Origin: Gemmatimonadota bacterium
GTDB taxonomy: Bacteria > Gemmatimonadota > Gemmatimonadetes > Gemmatimonadales > GWC2-71-9
NCBI GenBank assembly: GCA_016704275.1
Contig: JADJAK010000005.1
Span: 235,473-299,472 of the forward strand
DNA: 64,000 bases
Reading direction: 5' to 3'
Shown: positions 17,884 to 31,633 of the stretch, piece by piece
How the letters are laid out: the number at the start of each line of letters is the position of its first letter
Position numbering within the stretch: position 1 is the stretch's first letter
The notes under the pieces: generated by a model
Databases searched by the model: none
Told to the model about the DNA's origin: nothing
The model's input: only the letters and a program-made list of their open reading frames with translations
Translations under genes and position numbers: made by a program

Positions 17884-18128
17884 ACCAGCACTTCGCCTCT
17901 CTCATCCTCGGCCTCGCCGGTCAGGCCAACGCGGCGATGGACGGTCAGCTTCCTCCCGGCGCCGCCGACGCTGGTGCCAACGATGCGCGCCAGTTCGCCA
18001 AGGCGTTGATCGACACGCTCGGTGCCCTTGAGGAGCGGACGCGCGGCAATCTCGACGCCGACGAAGCGAAGCTGATGGAACAGGCGCTGACCGCGCTGCG
18101 CTTTCGCTTCGCGACGGCCAAGACGTGA
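17880..18128 (+). CDS. DUF1844-like small protein
   Basis: Internal ATG (ATGA overlap with the alr stop). MNQHFASLILGLAGQANAAMDG.. 82 aa. Confidence 0.55.
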   Translation: MNQHFASLILGLAGQANAAMDGQLPPGAADAGANDARQFAKALIDTLGALEERTRGNLDADEAKLMEQALTALRFRFATAKT

Positions 18129-19288
18129 GTCGCCGTGCCGCCCTGATCGTACTCGATGGCCTCGGCGTCGGGACCGCGCACGACACCGAGGCGTATGGCG
18201 ATCTCGGGAGTGCCACGCTCGGCAACGTGATGCGCGCGGCCGGCAATCTCCGGTTGCCGAATCTCGAGGCGCTCGGCTTCGGCGACTGCGGCGACAGCGG
18301 CATCGCGAAGGTGGCCACGCCGACGGCCGCGCGCGGCGTGGCGCAACCGAACAGTGCCGGGAAGGACAGCACCACCGGCCACTGGGAACTGTGTGGCGTG
18401 CAGCTGCCCGTGCCGTTCCCAACCTATCCGCACGGCTTTCCGGCGGAGTTGCTCGCCGAGTTTTCCGCGCAGACGGGCCGTGGCGTCCTCGGCAACCGCC
18501 CAGCCTCCGGGACGGTCATCCTCGATGAGCTCGGCGCGGAGCACGTCGCCTCGGGCCATTGGATCGTGTACACCTCGGCGGACTCGGTCTTCCAGGTCGC
18601 GGCCCACGAAGAGGTGGTGCCGCTCACCGAACTCTATGCCGCCTGCCAGATCGCCCGGGAGCTCTTGGTCGACCCCCATGGCGTCTCCCGGGTCATCGCC
18701 CGGCCGTTCCGGGGGACCCCGGGGGCATGGCAGCGGACCGCGAATCGGAAGGACTTCTCGCGGCAGCCAACCGGGCCCACCCTCCTCGACCGCCTGGCTG
18801 AGGCGCACCTGCCGGTGGTCGGGGTGGGGAAGGTGGACGATCTCTTCGCAGGGCGGGGGATCACCTCGATCCACACCCCCACAAACGCGGACGCCTATGC
18901 CCTGATCGAAGGGGGCCTCCTGGCCATGCGCCGGGGGCTGCTCTTCGCCAACGTGATCGAGTTCGACCAGAGCTGGGGTCATCGGAACGACGTGGCAGGG
19001 TTTCAAAAGGGCCTGATCGAGCTGGATCGGTGGATTCCCCGGCTCCTGAAGCAGGTTCGGGAGGAGGATCTGATTATCTTCACCGCCGACCACGGGAACG
19101 ACCCCACCACCCCGTCGACCGACCATGCGCGGGAGTGCGTGCCGGTGCTGGCGCTGGGTCCGCGGGTGCGTCCGGTGGCGCTGGGTGAGCTGGGGACCTT
19201 CGCCGATGTGGGGCAGACCATCGCGGAGTTTCTGGGGGTGCGCCCCCTCGAGGCCGGCACGTCCTTCCTGGAGCGTGTGTGGAGCTGA
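18125..19288 (+). CDS. deoB: Phosphopentomutase
   Basis: ..GKDSTTGHWELCG.., ..IIFTADHGNDPT.. metal-binding motifs. About 387 aa. Confidence 0.85.
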   Translation: MSRRAALIVLDGLGVGTAHDTEAYGDLGSATLGNVMRAAGNLRLPNLEALGFGDCGDSGIAKVATPTAARGVAQPNSAGKDSTTGHWELCGVQLPVPFPTYPHGFPAELLAEFSAQTGRGVLGNRPASGTVILDELGAEHVASGHWIVYTSADSVFQVAAHEEVVPLTELYAACQIARELLVDPHGVSRVIARPFRGTPGAWQRTANRKDFSRQPTGPTLLDRLAEAHLPVVGVGKVDDLFAGRGITSIHTPTNADAYALIEGGLLAMRRGLLFANVIEFDQSWGHRNDVAGFQKGLIELDRWIPRLLKQVREEDLIIFTADHGNDPTTPSTDHARECVPVLALGPRVRPVALGELGTFADVGQTIAEFLGVRPLEAGTSFLERVWS

Positions 19289-19668
19289 CGGAGCTGCGGG
19301 CAGCGGCCGAGGGAGGGCGGGAGCGGGCGTACGCGCCATACTCCGGCTTCCATGTCGGGGCAGCGCTCGAAACCGCCGACGGGGCAATCTTCGTCGGGGC
19401 GAATGTCGAAAACGCATCGTACGGGCTGACCATCTGCGCCGAACGCAGCGCGATGGCGGCGGCGGTCTCGTCGGGAGCACGGAAGTTCGTGCGGTTGCTG
19501 CTGGTGAGCGACGCCCCGCACCCGATCGCCCCCTGCGGGGCCTGTCGTCAGGTGCTGGCCGAGTTCGGGCCGGCCCTATCCGTCATCAGTTGTGCTGGAG
19601 CCGAGACCAAGGAGTGGACCATTCGCGACCTGTTGCCTGCCGCCTTCACCGGGGACGTGCTCGAGTGA
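19279..19668 (+). CDS. cdd: Cytidine deaminase
   Basis: Zinc motifs CAERSA and PCGACRQVLAEF. 129 aa. Confidence 0.85.
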   Translation: MELTELRAAAEGGRERAYAPYSGFHVGAALETADGAIFVGANVENASYGLTICAERSAMAAAVSSGARKFVRLLLVSDAPHPIAPCGACRQVLAEFGPALSVISCAGAETKEWTIRDLLPAAFTGDVLE

Positions 19669-20858
19669 CCTCACGCCTCCTCTCCCTGGCGGCGGTGGCC
19701 CTGCTGGCCACGGCCTGCACCGAGAAGCTCACCACGCCAGTGAACTGCCCCAATCTCTGTCCCGGTGGCATCGCGGATTTCCGCGACACCATTCTGACGG
19801 CCACGGTCGGGCTGGATACCTCCTACTCCGGCTATGTGGGCGAATCGTCGTTGCTCTCGTTGCTGGTGGCGAACGGCGGCGCCTACGGCGTCTCGCGCGG
19901 CCTCATCGCCTTCCAGTCGCGCGGGGACTCGGTGTTCGTCAAGGACACCGCTCGCGCCTTCACGGTCGATTCCGCCGCCGTCTCGCTCTACCTGCAGGCG
20001 AGTGACAGCACGGTCGTGAGCGGAGCGGTCGAGTTGTATCGCCTCCCGCTCTCCATCGATTCCTCGACGTCGATCGGTGCGATCGATGCCGCGATGACCC
20101 CCGACAAGCTCCTGGCTGAGTTCGAGTTGAACTCCGCGCTCCGGACGGGGGCGATGCGCGTTGTCCTTTCCGGCGCGACGCTCGCCAAGGTGGACTTCAC
20201 ACCCGCCGACAGCGGCCGGCTGCAGGTTGGTGTGCGCGTGCGCTCGACCAACGCCACCGGCATTCGCGTCGGTACGTCGGCGTCCGGCAATCAGGGCCCG
20301 GTGGTGACCTGGTACACTCGGGTCGATGTCGCCGACACCACGCTCCGGAGTCAGATCTTCACCCGCTTGCCGTCGACCAACTTCACCGTGCGGAGCGGTA
20401 TCTCGGCCCCGACCCCGGGGTTGCTGGCCGTCGGCGGCTACCCGGTGGCACGGAGCTTCATCCGCTTTGCGCTGCCTCCGGCATTGCGCGACTCGGTCAC
20501 CATCATCCGGGCGACGCTGCAGCTCACGGCGGATCAACCGATGTTCGGCATCCCGGCCGACACGGCCACGATCCTGGCGCGCCCGGTGCTCGCGTTGCTT
20601 GGGCCGAAGTCCCCGGTCGCCGCGGATCTCTTCATTGGGCAATTCCTGCTGACGGGCCAGACGGAGGTGACCCTCGAGGTCGCGTCGTTGGTGCGGCTCT
20701 GGCAGGGAACCGACGCGTTGCCGTCGGTGTTGCGCCTCGAGATCGGTGAGGAGGGCGCGACCTTTCTCGCGCCGGCGTTCCGTTCGTCGCGGTCGGTCAG
20801 TGGCGCACCGACGCTTCGCATCACCTATCGGCGCAGCTTCGCCTTCGAGGGCTTCTGA
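19665..20858 (+). CDS. Hypothetical lipoprotein
   Basis: GTG at 19665 (GTGA overlap with the cdd stop) inside ORF 19125-20858. Signal peptide plus lipobox LLATAC. Ser/Thr-rich and beta-rich. Confidence 0.6.
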   Translation: MTSRLLSLAAVALLATACTEKLTTPVNCPNLCPGGIADFRDTILTATVGLDTSYSGYVGESSLLSLLVANGGAYGVSRGLIAFQSRGDSVFVKDTARAFTVDSAAVSLYLQASDSTVVSGAVELYRLPLSIDSSTSIGAIDAAMTPDKLLAEFELNSALRTGAMRVVLSGATLAKVDFTPADSGRLQVGVRVRSTNATGIRVGTSASGNQGPVVTWYTRVDVADTTLRSQIFTRLPSTNFTVRSGISAPTPGLLAVGGYPVARSFIRFALPPALRDSVTIIRATLQLTADQPMFGIPADTATILARPVLALLGPKSPVAADLFIGQFLLTGQTEVTLEVASLVRLWQGTDALPSVLRLEIGEEGATFLAPAFRSSRSVSGAPTLRITYRRSFAFEGF

Positions 20859-20860
20859 CG

Positions 20861-22012
20861 ATGCGTGGTCATTCGCTGCTGCTCGTCGCTTCCGTGGCCC
20901 TCGTCGCCACGCCGCTGGCGGCCCAGTCGTCGGAGTTCGGCGTTCGCGGGCTCGGTCTGCCCGGACGGTCGTCGTCCGCGCGCGTCCTCGGCGGCGGTGG
21001 GGCGCTCGGGCTCTTTGATGGTGAGTCAAGCCTCAACCCGGCCTCGCTCTCGACCCTCTCGTTGACGACCGCCGTCTTCACGATGTCGAACAGTGCGCGG
21101 ACCTCGGTCAATCCGGCGGGCACGGCGAGCGGGCGCGACACGCGCTTCCCGCAGGTGCTCATCGGCGGACCGATTCCGAAGACACGGTTCGTCGTGGGCG
21201 TCTCCTATTCGATGTTCACCGACCGCGACTTCACCTTGGTGTCGGTCGGTCAGGCGTCGCCGCGCGGAATCCCGGTCGGCGTGACCGACACGCTGACGTC
21301 GCGGGGCGGCATCGCGGATCTCCGGATTGCCGTAGGGTATGCCCTGTCACCGAAGCTCAGTGTCGGTGGTGGGCTGCATTTCCTGACCGGCTCGAACCGG
21401 ATGTCGGCGCGTCGGGTCTGGGATGATCCCGACTACGCGGCACTCGAAGAGAAGGCCGAGCTCTCCTATCAGGCGATCGGGCTGTCGGCCGGCTTCCTCC
21501 TGCAGCCGACGTCACGGATCGCCGTGGCCGGTTCGATTCGTCGGGACGGTCGGATGACCATCCACCGGGACTCCACGCCGAGTGGCGAAGTCTCGATGCC
21601 GATGCAGCTCACGGGGGGCGTGCGCCTGCAACTGTCGCGACGCCTCGTGGTGGCCGGTCAGGCGATGGTGCGCGACTGGTCCCGCGCCGACAGCGGCCTC
21701 GTGGCGGCCGGCGCGATCGGCGCCCGGGACACCCGCGAATTTTCCGGCGGCGTGGAGCTCTACTCGAACCTGCGCCGTCCGACGAACAAGCCGCTCCGGC
21801 TTGGCGTGCGCTATGCCGACCTCCCCTTCCTCACCAGCGCGAACGGGACGCCGAGTGAGTTCGGCGTCTCGATCGGCAGCGGGGTCCGCTTCGCGCGGGA
21901 CCTGGGCGGCATCGACCTCGCGCTGGAGCGGGTCCGTCGGAAGCAGGGCGCGAACTACACCGAGACCGGGTGGCAGTTCACCCTTGGCATTTCCGTCCGG
22001 CCGGGCACCTGA
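20861..22012 (+). CDS. Putative outer-membrane beta-barrel protein
   Basis: Signal peptide MRGHSLLLVASVALVATPLAAQ. Alternating hydrophobic beta-strand pattern with Gly/Ser/Arg-rich loops. No family assigned. Confidence 0.5.
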   Translation: MRGHSLLLVASVALVATPLAAQSSEFGVRGLGLPGRSSSARVLGGGGALGLFDGESSLNPASLSTLSLTTAVFTMSNSARTSVNPAGTASGRDTRFPQVLIGGPIPKTRFVVGVSYSMFTDRDFTLVSVGQASPRGIPVGVTDTLTSRGGIADLRIAVGYALSPKLSVGGGLHFLTGSNRMSARRVWDDPDYAALEEKAELSYQAIGLSAGFLLQPTSRIAVAGSIRRDGRMTIHRDSTPSGEVSMPMQLTGGVRLQLSRRLVVAGQAMVRDWSRADSGLVAAGAIGARDTREFSGGVELYSNLRRPTNKPLRLGVRYADLPFLTSANGTPSEFGVSIGSGVRFARDLGGIDLALERVRRKQGANYTETGWQFTLGISVRPGT

Positions 22013-22028
22013 GCCGGACGCCGCGCCC

Positions 22029-23335
<1,307 letters not shown>

Positions 23336-23339
<4 letters not shown>

Positions 23340-23620
23340 TCCTGAACGTGATGGAACACCACGTGCACGAAGCCTACGATCGCCTCAAGGGGCTGGTCCC
23401 CGGCTTCCTCGATACCCCGAATCACCGGGAGGACGTGGTCGTCTTTGCGCTCAACCGGCTGCAGCCGAAGTACGTCGTGACCTCCGCTGGCAAGGCGGTG
23501 ACTGAGGTCGCGCTCGACACGGCGCAGCATCGGACGACGATCGAGGTGCAGGTCATCGAGGCGCTGCGTCAGGTGGCCCGCGTCCCGCGCGAACGACCGG
23601 TGACCGCCAGCCCGGGATGA
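23336..23620 (+). CDS. ComFB-like (late competence development protein ComFB family) small protein
   Basis: ILNVMEHHVHEAYDRL....EDVVVFALNRLQPKYV pattern typical of the ComFB fold. 94 aa with no Cys. ATGA overlaps with both miaB and comEC. Confidence 0.55.
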
Positions 23621-25932
23621 GCCCGCCGCGCGGTGCCCTCCTCCTGCTGTTCGCCTTCGGGGCCGGTCTGGTGACCGGCCTCGCTCGTTTTTCCGACCCT
23701 CGTCTCGTTGTCATGGTCCTCGCGGTGGCGGCGTACATCCTCCGCCGCGGGCAGGGGGCGGTCGTTGCGCTCGCGGTACTGGGGGGTGTCCTCGCGGCAC
23801 AGGGCGAGCTGGCGGCCCGACCGGCTCGCTGCGTGGCGCAACTGCCCTTGGGTGAATCGCGGTTGGTCCTCCGACTGATCGATCCGGGGAAGGGGAGCGG
23901 CCGCGTGGAGCTCCCTGGACGCTGCCGTGGCGAGGTGATGGCTCGATGGCCGCGGAACAGCGCGCCTCGCGCGGGAGAGTTCGTCGCGGTCACCGCGCGG
24001 TGGTTGCCGCGTCAGCAGCCGCTCGGCTTCGGCGGTGGCCTGTTGGTGGTTCGGCGCATCGAGCGTCGCTGGGGCCAACCCGGCGTGCTGGCAGCCGCGC
24101 GCAACTGGATTGCCGCGACGACCGAGGCGCTGTATGGCTCGAGGGCGCCGATGGTGGAGGCACTGCTCGTGGGCTGGCGCGGCGAGATCGATCAGGAAGT
24201 CCAGCAGGCGTTCACCGCCGCCGGGCTGGTGCACATCCTCGCCATCTCCGGATTCCACGTCGGATTGCTCGCGGGCTGGGTGCTGTTGGCGCTCCACCTC
24301 CTCGGCGTTCGGCGACACCCGGCCGAGTTCGTGGCCGCCGCCGTGGCCGTGGGCTATGCCGCGTTCCTGGGTTGGCCGGCACCGGCCGCGCGCGCCGCGC
24401 TCCTTGGCGTCATGCTGGCGTGGTGCCGATGGCGTCAGCGGCAGGTGGCGCCAAGTGCCCTCTTGGCGCTCAGTGCCTTCCTCGTCCTGGTGCTCGACCC
24501 TGCCGCCCTCATCTCGGTCGGGGCGTGGCTCTCGGTAACGGCGCTGCTCGGCGTGACGGTCGCGACCCGGTGGAGCGATCGCGCCATCTCGGAGCATCCC
24601 CTGGTGCGCTCGCTGGTCGGATCGATCGGGGCGATGCTCACCACCGCGCCGCTCACCGCCATGGTCTTCGGCCAGGTCGCGCCGATCAGCATTCTCTTGA
24701 ATCTCGTGGCGGTGCCGCTGGCGGCCCTCCTGGTTCCGGCGCTGCTTGCGTCGCTGGTCCTGCAGCCGTTCCTGCCCGCGATGGCCGCCGCGTTCGCCGC
24801 CTCGGGTGGGGTGCTGCTCGCGGCACTGCAATGGGTTGCCGCGGTGGGCTCGAATGCCCCCGGCGCGGGCGTGGCGGGCGCTGCGGGCGTCAGGGCCGCG
24901 CTGCCGTGGCTCGTGGCGATGGGCTTGGCGGCGTGGGCGGTGGCGGGGCGGGCGACGGCACGGGAGGCCGGGCGCCGTCTCGCGTGGGGAGGGGTTGCCG
25001 CGATGTGGATAACGCTCCTCTCGGGGATCGGCGGTCCACGGGCCATCGGAGACGGCCATCTCGCGTTAGTTTTCGTGGATGTGGGGCAGGGCGATGCCGC
25101 GCTGATTCGCACCCCGGCGGGGCACTGGATCCTGGTCGACGCGGGCCCCGCCGACGCTCGCTGGAATGCCGGGACGAAGGTGCTGGTGCCGCTGCTCCGC
25201 CGTCTCCGCATCACGCGACTCGAGGCAATCCTTCTCTCCCACGCCCATCGGGATCACGTCGGCGGGGCGGCCGCAGTCACCGACGCGGTGCCGGTCGGGG
25301 TCGCACTGGATCCGGGAGAGTCATTCGAGGAAGCGGCCTATTTCGGCTGGCTCGAAACGATCGCTCGCCGCGGTGTTCGCTGGCATCCGGTGGTCGCGGG
25401 GGAGCAGTTCCAGCTGGACGGGGTCACCTTCCGGCTGGTGCATCCGCCGCGAGTCTGGGCCAGCGCCGGCGAGGACCTCAATGAGGATTCCGCCGTCCTC
25501 GAGGTCCGTTGGCGCGACTTTCGGGCGCTGCTGATGGGGGACGCCGGCATCGTCGCCGAGCGCGCCTTCGCCGGGACCGTCGACGCGGTGGACGTCCTGA
25601 AAGTGGGGCATCACGGCTCCCGGACCGCCTCGTCGGCCGACTTTCTTGCCGAGGCTCGTCCGCAGGTCGCCGTGGTGAGCGTGGGCCAGAACCGCTATGG
25701 CCACCCCACCCCCGAGGCGATGAGCCGGCTGCAGCACGCCGGGGCACGGATCTGGCGGACCGACCGGGAAGGCCACATCACCGTCGAGACCGACGGCCAT
25801 GAATTCACCGTGCGGGGTGCTTCGGCTCCCGCGACGTACACCGCCGGCCGTCGCGCCGGCCCCAGGAGACGCCGTGCTCCCAAATACCCAGGTCACCACC
25901 CTCGAGCGCTTCATCCTCGATCAGGAGCGTGA
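23617..25932 (+). CDS. comEC: DNA internalisation-related competence protein ComEC/Rec2 (with C-terminal metallo-beta-lactamase domain)
   Basis: Polytopic competence domain (..[17 protein letters not shown]..) plus MBL motifs ([12 protein letters not shown], ..VGHHGS..). Confidence 0.85.
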   Translation: MSPPRGALLLLFAFGAGLVTGLARFSDPRLVVMVLAVAAYILRRGQGAVVALAVLGGVLAAQGELAARPARCVAQLPLGESRLVLRLIDPGKGSGRVELPGRCRGEVMARWPRNSAPRAGEFVAVTARWLPRQQPLGFGGGLLVVRRIERRWGQPGVLAAARNWIAATTEALYGSRAPMVEALLVGWRGEIDQEVQQAFTAAGLVHILAISGFHVGLLAGWVLLALHLLGVRRHPAEFVAAAVAVGYAAFLGWPAPAARAALLGVMLAWCRWRQRQVAPSALLALSAFLVLVLDPAALISVGAWLSVTALLGVTVATRWSDRAISEHPLVRSLVGSIGAMLTTAPLTAMVFGQVAPISILLNLVAVPLAALLVPALLASLVLQPFLPAMAAAFAASGGVLLAALQWVAAVGSNAPGAGVAGAAGVRAALPWLVAMGLAAWAVAGRATAREAGRRLAWGGVAAMWITLLSGIGGPRAIGDGHLALVFVDVGQGDAALIRTPAGHWILVDAGPADARWNAGTKVLVPLLRRLRITRLEAILLSHAHRDHVGGAAAVTDAVPVGVALDPGESFEEAAYFGWLETIARRGVRWHPVVAGEQFQLDGVTFRLVHPPRVWASAGEDLNEDSAVLEVRWRDFRALLMGDAGIVAERAFAGTVDAVDVLKVGHHGSRTASSADFLAEARPQVAVVSVGQNRYGHPTPEAMSRLQHAGARIWRTDREGHITVETDGHEFTVRGASAPATYTAGRRAGPRRRRAPKYPGHHPRALHPRSGA

Positions 25933-26889
25933 GCACCCCGATGCCACCGGGGAACTCACCAATCTCCTCTACGACGTTGCCCTGGCGGCCAAGCTGATCG
26001 GCGCGCAAATCCGCCGTGCCGGACTGGTGAACATCCTCGGTGCCGCCGGCTCGATCAATGTGCAGGACGAGGAGCAGCAGAAGCTCGACGTCTATGCCAA
26101 CGAGACGATGAAGAATGCGCTCAACCATACCGGGCGCGTCTGCGCGATGGCCTCGGAGGAAGACGAGGAGTTGATCGCCATTCCGGATGGCGTTCCCGCC
26201 GGCAAGTATGCGGTGCTCTTCGATCCGCTCGACGGCTCCGCCAACATCGACGTCAACGCCGCCGTGGGAACGATCTTCTCGATCTATCGCCGGGTGACCA
26301 CCTCCGGGCCGGGGCAACTCTGCGACGTGCTGCAGCCGGGCAACAAGATCGTGGCTGCCGGCTACGTCATGTATGGCTCAAGCGTGATGATGGTCTACTC
26401 GGCGGGGCATGGCGTGCACGGCTTCACCTACGACCCGACGATCGGCGAGTTCCTGCTCTCGCATGCCGACATCACCACCCCGCGGACGGGCAAGTACTAC
26501 AGCGTCAACGAGTCGAACTTTCCCCGGTGGTCGAAGGGTGTGCAGCGCGCGGTGCGTGGCTTCAAGGGCGACGATCCGGCCCGGCTCAAAGGGAAGAACT
26601 CCCGCTACATCGGCGCCCTCGTCGCCGACTTCCATCGCAACCTGATCGCCGGCGGCATCTTCCTCTATCCGGGCGACACCAAGAATCCCAACGGCAAGCT
26701 GCGGCTGCTGTACGAGTGCGCGCCGATGGCGTTCCTCGCCGAGGCGGCCGGTGGCGCTGCGAGCGATGGTCGGCGGCGGATCCTCGACATCGTGCCGACG
26801 GCGCTGCATGAACGCATCCCGCTCGTGATTGGGGGCGCCGCGGACGTCGAGTATGTCAACATGGTCGTCGCCGAGGCCGAGGGCATCGC

Positions 26890-26893
<4 letters not shown>
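25874..26893 (+). CDS. fbp: Fructose-1,6-bisphosphatase class 1
   Basis: GTG at 25874 within ORF 25799-26893. ..[17 protein letters not shown].., [24 protein letters not shown]. Overlaps the comEC 3' end. Confidence 0.85.
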
Positions 26894-28454
<1,561 letters not shown>

Positions 28455-28455
<1 letters not shown>

Positions 28456-30317
28456 TGGCCGACCTGGCCACCGAGCTGCAGCAGGCGCTCGGCGACGACT
28501 ACGTTCTCGATCGGGAGCTGGGGCGCGGCGGGATGGGCGCCGTCTGGCTCGCGCGCGACGCGCACCTGCATCGGTCGGTGGCGATCAAGGTGCTGCCGCC
28601 CGAGCTCGCGGCGCATCACGACCTCCGCGAGCGCTTCCTCCGCGAGACGCGGATGGCGGCGTCGTTCTCGCACCCGCACATCGTCCCGGTGCACGCCGTC
28701 GAAGAACGCGGCGGGATGCTCGCCTTCGTCATGGGCTTCGTCGACGGCGAGTCGCTCGGTGCGCGTGTCCGGCGCGCCGGCCCTGTTCCGGTGCAGGAGG
28801 CGGTGCGGCTGCTGCAGGAAGTGGCGTGGGCCCTGTCGTATGCGCACGGACGCGGGGTGGTCCATCGCGACGTCAAGCCCGACAACATCCTGATCGAGCG
28901 TGCCACGCAGCGCGCGCTGGTCACCGACTTCGGCATCGCGCGTAGCACCACCGCGGCCCCAGCCGATGGGCTCACGCGCGTCGGCGAAGTCGTCGGCACG
29001 CCGCACTTCATGAGCCCGGAGCAGGCAGCCGGTGACGTCCTCGATGGCCGCAGCGACCTCTACTCCCTCGGCATCGTCGGCTTCTTTGCCCTGACTGGGC
29101 GGCTGCCGTTCGAGGGATCGACACCGACCTCGTTGCTCGCGATGCACCTGACGCAGGCGCCGCCCTCCGTGGGTGCCTTCCGCCCCGATGCGCCGGCCGA
29201 GCTGGTCGAGGCGATCGATCGCTGCCTCGCCAAGGCTCCGGAGGATCGCTGGCCCGACGGCGAGTCGCTTGCCGCGGCCCTCGACGGGATGCGCCGCACC
29301 GCACCGGAAGTCGCGCCGCAGGTCCGCGTCTTCCTGCAGCGCTTCGGCGCCTCGGTCTTTGCCATCGGTGCGCTGACCATGGTGACGGTTCTCGTCGTGG
29401 ACCGCGCCAGCAACGCCCGCAACGACGGCGACATCTTCCTCGTCGGCGTGGTCACCCTCGCGGCAGTCTGGGGCCTCGTCGTGCAGGCGGGGGGCCGCGT
29501 CCGGATGCTGCTCCGCCAGGGCTTCCGCTATCGCGACGTCTACGCCGCCTCCGGGGCGCTGATCGCCGAGGAGACGCTCACCCGCGACGCCATCCGCTCG
29601 ATGCCCGACGAAATGCAGCGCCGAAAGCGCCGCATCCAGATCGCGATCTTCTCGCTGGCGTGGGCTCCGGTGGCGACCTGGCTGGTCCGCACGTATATGC
29701 GATTCCGTCCGGTCGACCGGCCATTGATGTGGCAGGTCACCATGCCTGGCCTCGTGATCGCTCTGTCGGCCGCGATCGCCTTCGGCCTCGGCGTCACCAT
29801 GCTCGCCTCCGATCCGCTGAAGCCGAATCCGTTCCTGAAGCTGCAGGGGCTCTTCTGGCGCGGCCCGCTTGGTCGCCTCGTCTTCCGGATCGCCGGCTAT
29901 CGGATGCCCGGTGGCGGCGACGTCACCCTCGGCTCGACCGGGGCGGCAGGCTCGGCCCGCGTGACCGGTGCCGGACATGCCACCGCTCTCGCGGCGCTGC
30001 CCAAGGCGCTCCGGCAGGGGCTCGGTGACGCTGCGCCGCGAATGGCGAAGCTCGCCGAGGAACTCCCGGCGCTGCGGCAGCGGGAGAATGACCTGGTGGC
30101 GGCGATCGCCGAGGCCGGTGAGGGTGCTGGCAAGGCGGAGGGCGCCGTGGCGGCGCGCCGTGAGGAGCTCCGTCAGGAACTCGCCACCCACCTCGAGGCG
30201 ACCCGCCAGCGGCAGGTGCAGATCAGCGACGCCCTCGAGCTCGCCCGCCTCGAGCTGGTCCGCCTCCGGACCGGCCTCGGTTCGGCCGACGCCGTTCGCC
30301 GCGCGCTGGAGCTCTAG
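28455..30317 (+). CDS. Ser/Thr protein kinase with TM segments and a C-terminal coiled-coil region
   Basis: Hanks kinase motifs: GRGGMGAVW, VAIK, HRDVKPDNILI, DFGIA, GTPHFMSPEQ. Hydrophobic segments from residue about 290. Its ATG overlaps the mutase stop. Confidence 0.85.
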
Positions 30318-30973
30318 TGCCCCCCGAATACCGCTCGCTCGTTGTCCCCAGGCACGCGCGTATTGGCGTGGTGGGCGACCCGGCCACCGCCACCGAGGCG
30401 TGGCTGATCCTCCACGGCTACGGGATGATGGCGCAGGGCATCCTGCACTGGTTCGAGGCCGCCGAGCGGCCCGGACGCGTCCTGGTGGCGCCTGAGGGGC
30501 TCTCTCGCTTCTACCAGGAGCGGAATGGTATCCGGACAGTGGGCGCGTCGTGGATGACACGGGAGGACCGCGACCACGAGTTGGAGGATCAGCAGGGGTA
30601 CCTGGACCGGGTGGTCGAGGAGGTCATCGGCCAGATTCCTCGGCTCGAGGTCCACGGCTTCTCGCAGGGCGTGGCGGCGGCGAGTCGGTGGGTGGCCCGA
30701 GGCGTTCGGCCCGTGGCTCGGCTGGTCTGCTGGGGCGGGACAGTCGCCCCCGAGGTCGATCCGCTGGCGCTCAGCCGAGCGGTGCAGGGGGCCCCGATCG
30801 AGATGATTGTGGGAAACCGCGACAAGTGGGTGGCACCTGAAGCGGTCGCCGCGGATGTGGATAAGCTGGTTGCTGCGGGGTGTCCGGCGCGGCTGCATGG
30901 CTTCGATGGAGGGCACCGTGTGGACAACGGAGTGCTTGCTCATCTGGAGCTGCTGGCCGTGCCGCGACTGTGA
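30317..30973 (+). CDS. Alpha/beta hydrolase (phospholipase/carboxylesterase-like)
   Basis: LILHGYG.. and nucleophile elbow GFSQG. 218 aa. Confidence 0.65.
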   Translation: MPPEYRSLVVPRHARIGVVGDPATATEAWLILHGYGMMAQGILHWFEAAERPGRVLVAPEGLSRFYQERNGIRTVGASWMTREDRDHELEDQQGYLDRVVEEVIGQIPRLEVHGFSQGVAAASRWVARGVRPVARLVCWGGTVAPEVDPLALSRAVQGAPIEMIVGNRDKWVAPEAVAADVDKLVAAGCPARLHGFDGGHRVDNGVLAHLELLAVPRL

Positions 30974-31300
30974 GATGACTTGATATCTGTTCAGCAACGA
31001 GATCAGGAATAGTGAGTTATACCGTTTGTCCACAGACGTCCTGATTTGTTTTCCCACACGATGACCACCGACTGCCCGGTGGTCATTGCCATTCATGGCC
31101 GATGCGCTGGACGGAACCTGCGGAGGGGGTCACCCGCAGCCGCACACTAGTCGGGCCGCCCGGGTCAGGACGGATTCGAGCCTCTGGGCGGTAACCAAGA
31201 GGGTATCGACGGCACGATGACCAGGCCACTCAACTTGAGACCGGCCCGCCCGCCGTCTATCTTTCGAGGTTGCATTGGTTTAGCCCACAGCTGGAGTACC

Positions 31301-31633
31301 ATGCCGACCTACGAATACCGCTGCGACGAGGGCCATGCCTTCGAACGCATCCAGAAGATGTCCGACAAGCCGCTCACCAAGTGTCCTGAATGCGGGGCCA
31401 AGGCGAGCCGGCAGATTTCTGGTGGCTCGGGCCTGATCTTCAAGGGCAGTGGTTTCTACATCACCGATTACGGCAAGGACGGGAAGGGCGCGCGGAAGGA
31501 TCCGCCGGCCGAGGGTGCCGCGCCGAAGGCCGAGAAGAGCGAGAAGTCCGAGAGCGCACCGGCCAAGGAAGCGGCCGCCCCGAAGGTCGAGGCGCCGAAG
31601 CCGGCGGCCAAGACCACGCCGAGCGCGTCGTGA
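31301..31633 (+). CDS. FmdB-family zinc-ribbon protein (CxxC_CxxC_SSSS)
   Basis: MPTYEYRCDEGHAFE..KCPECGAKASRQISGGSGLIFKGSGFY.. with a Lys/Ala/Pro-rich tail. GGAG lies 7 nt upstream of the ATG. Confidence 0.8.
   Translation: MPTYEYRCDEGHAFERIQKMSDKPLTKCPECGAKASRQISGGSGLIFKGSGFYITDYGKDGKGARKDPPAEGAAPKAEKSEKSESAPAKEAAAPKVEAPKPAAKTTPSAS

Noticed and set aside
25799-25873. Longer fbp start at 25799.
   Set aside because: It would add about 25 non-conserved residues overlapping comEC by 134 nt. GTG at 25874 gives a typical N-terminus of about 339 aa (..TLERFIL..). The longer start remains possible but is less likely.
30314-31096. Minus-strand ORF covering the AT-richer spacer after the hydrolase gene.
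   Set aside because: Most of it is antisense to the hydrolase. The spacer-encoded part has no motif and unusual composition. It is treated as non-coding (see the finding on 30974-31300).
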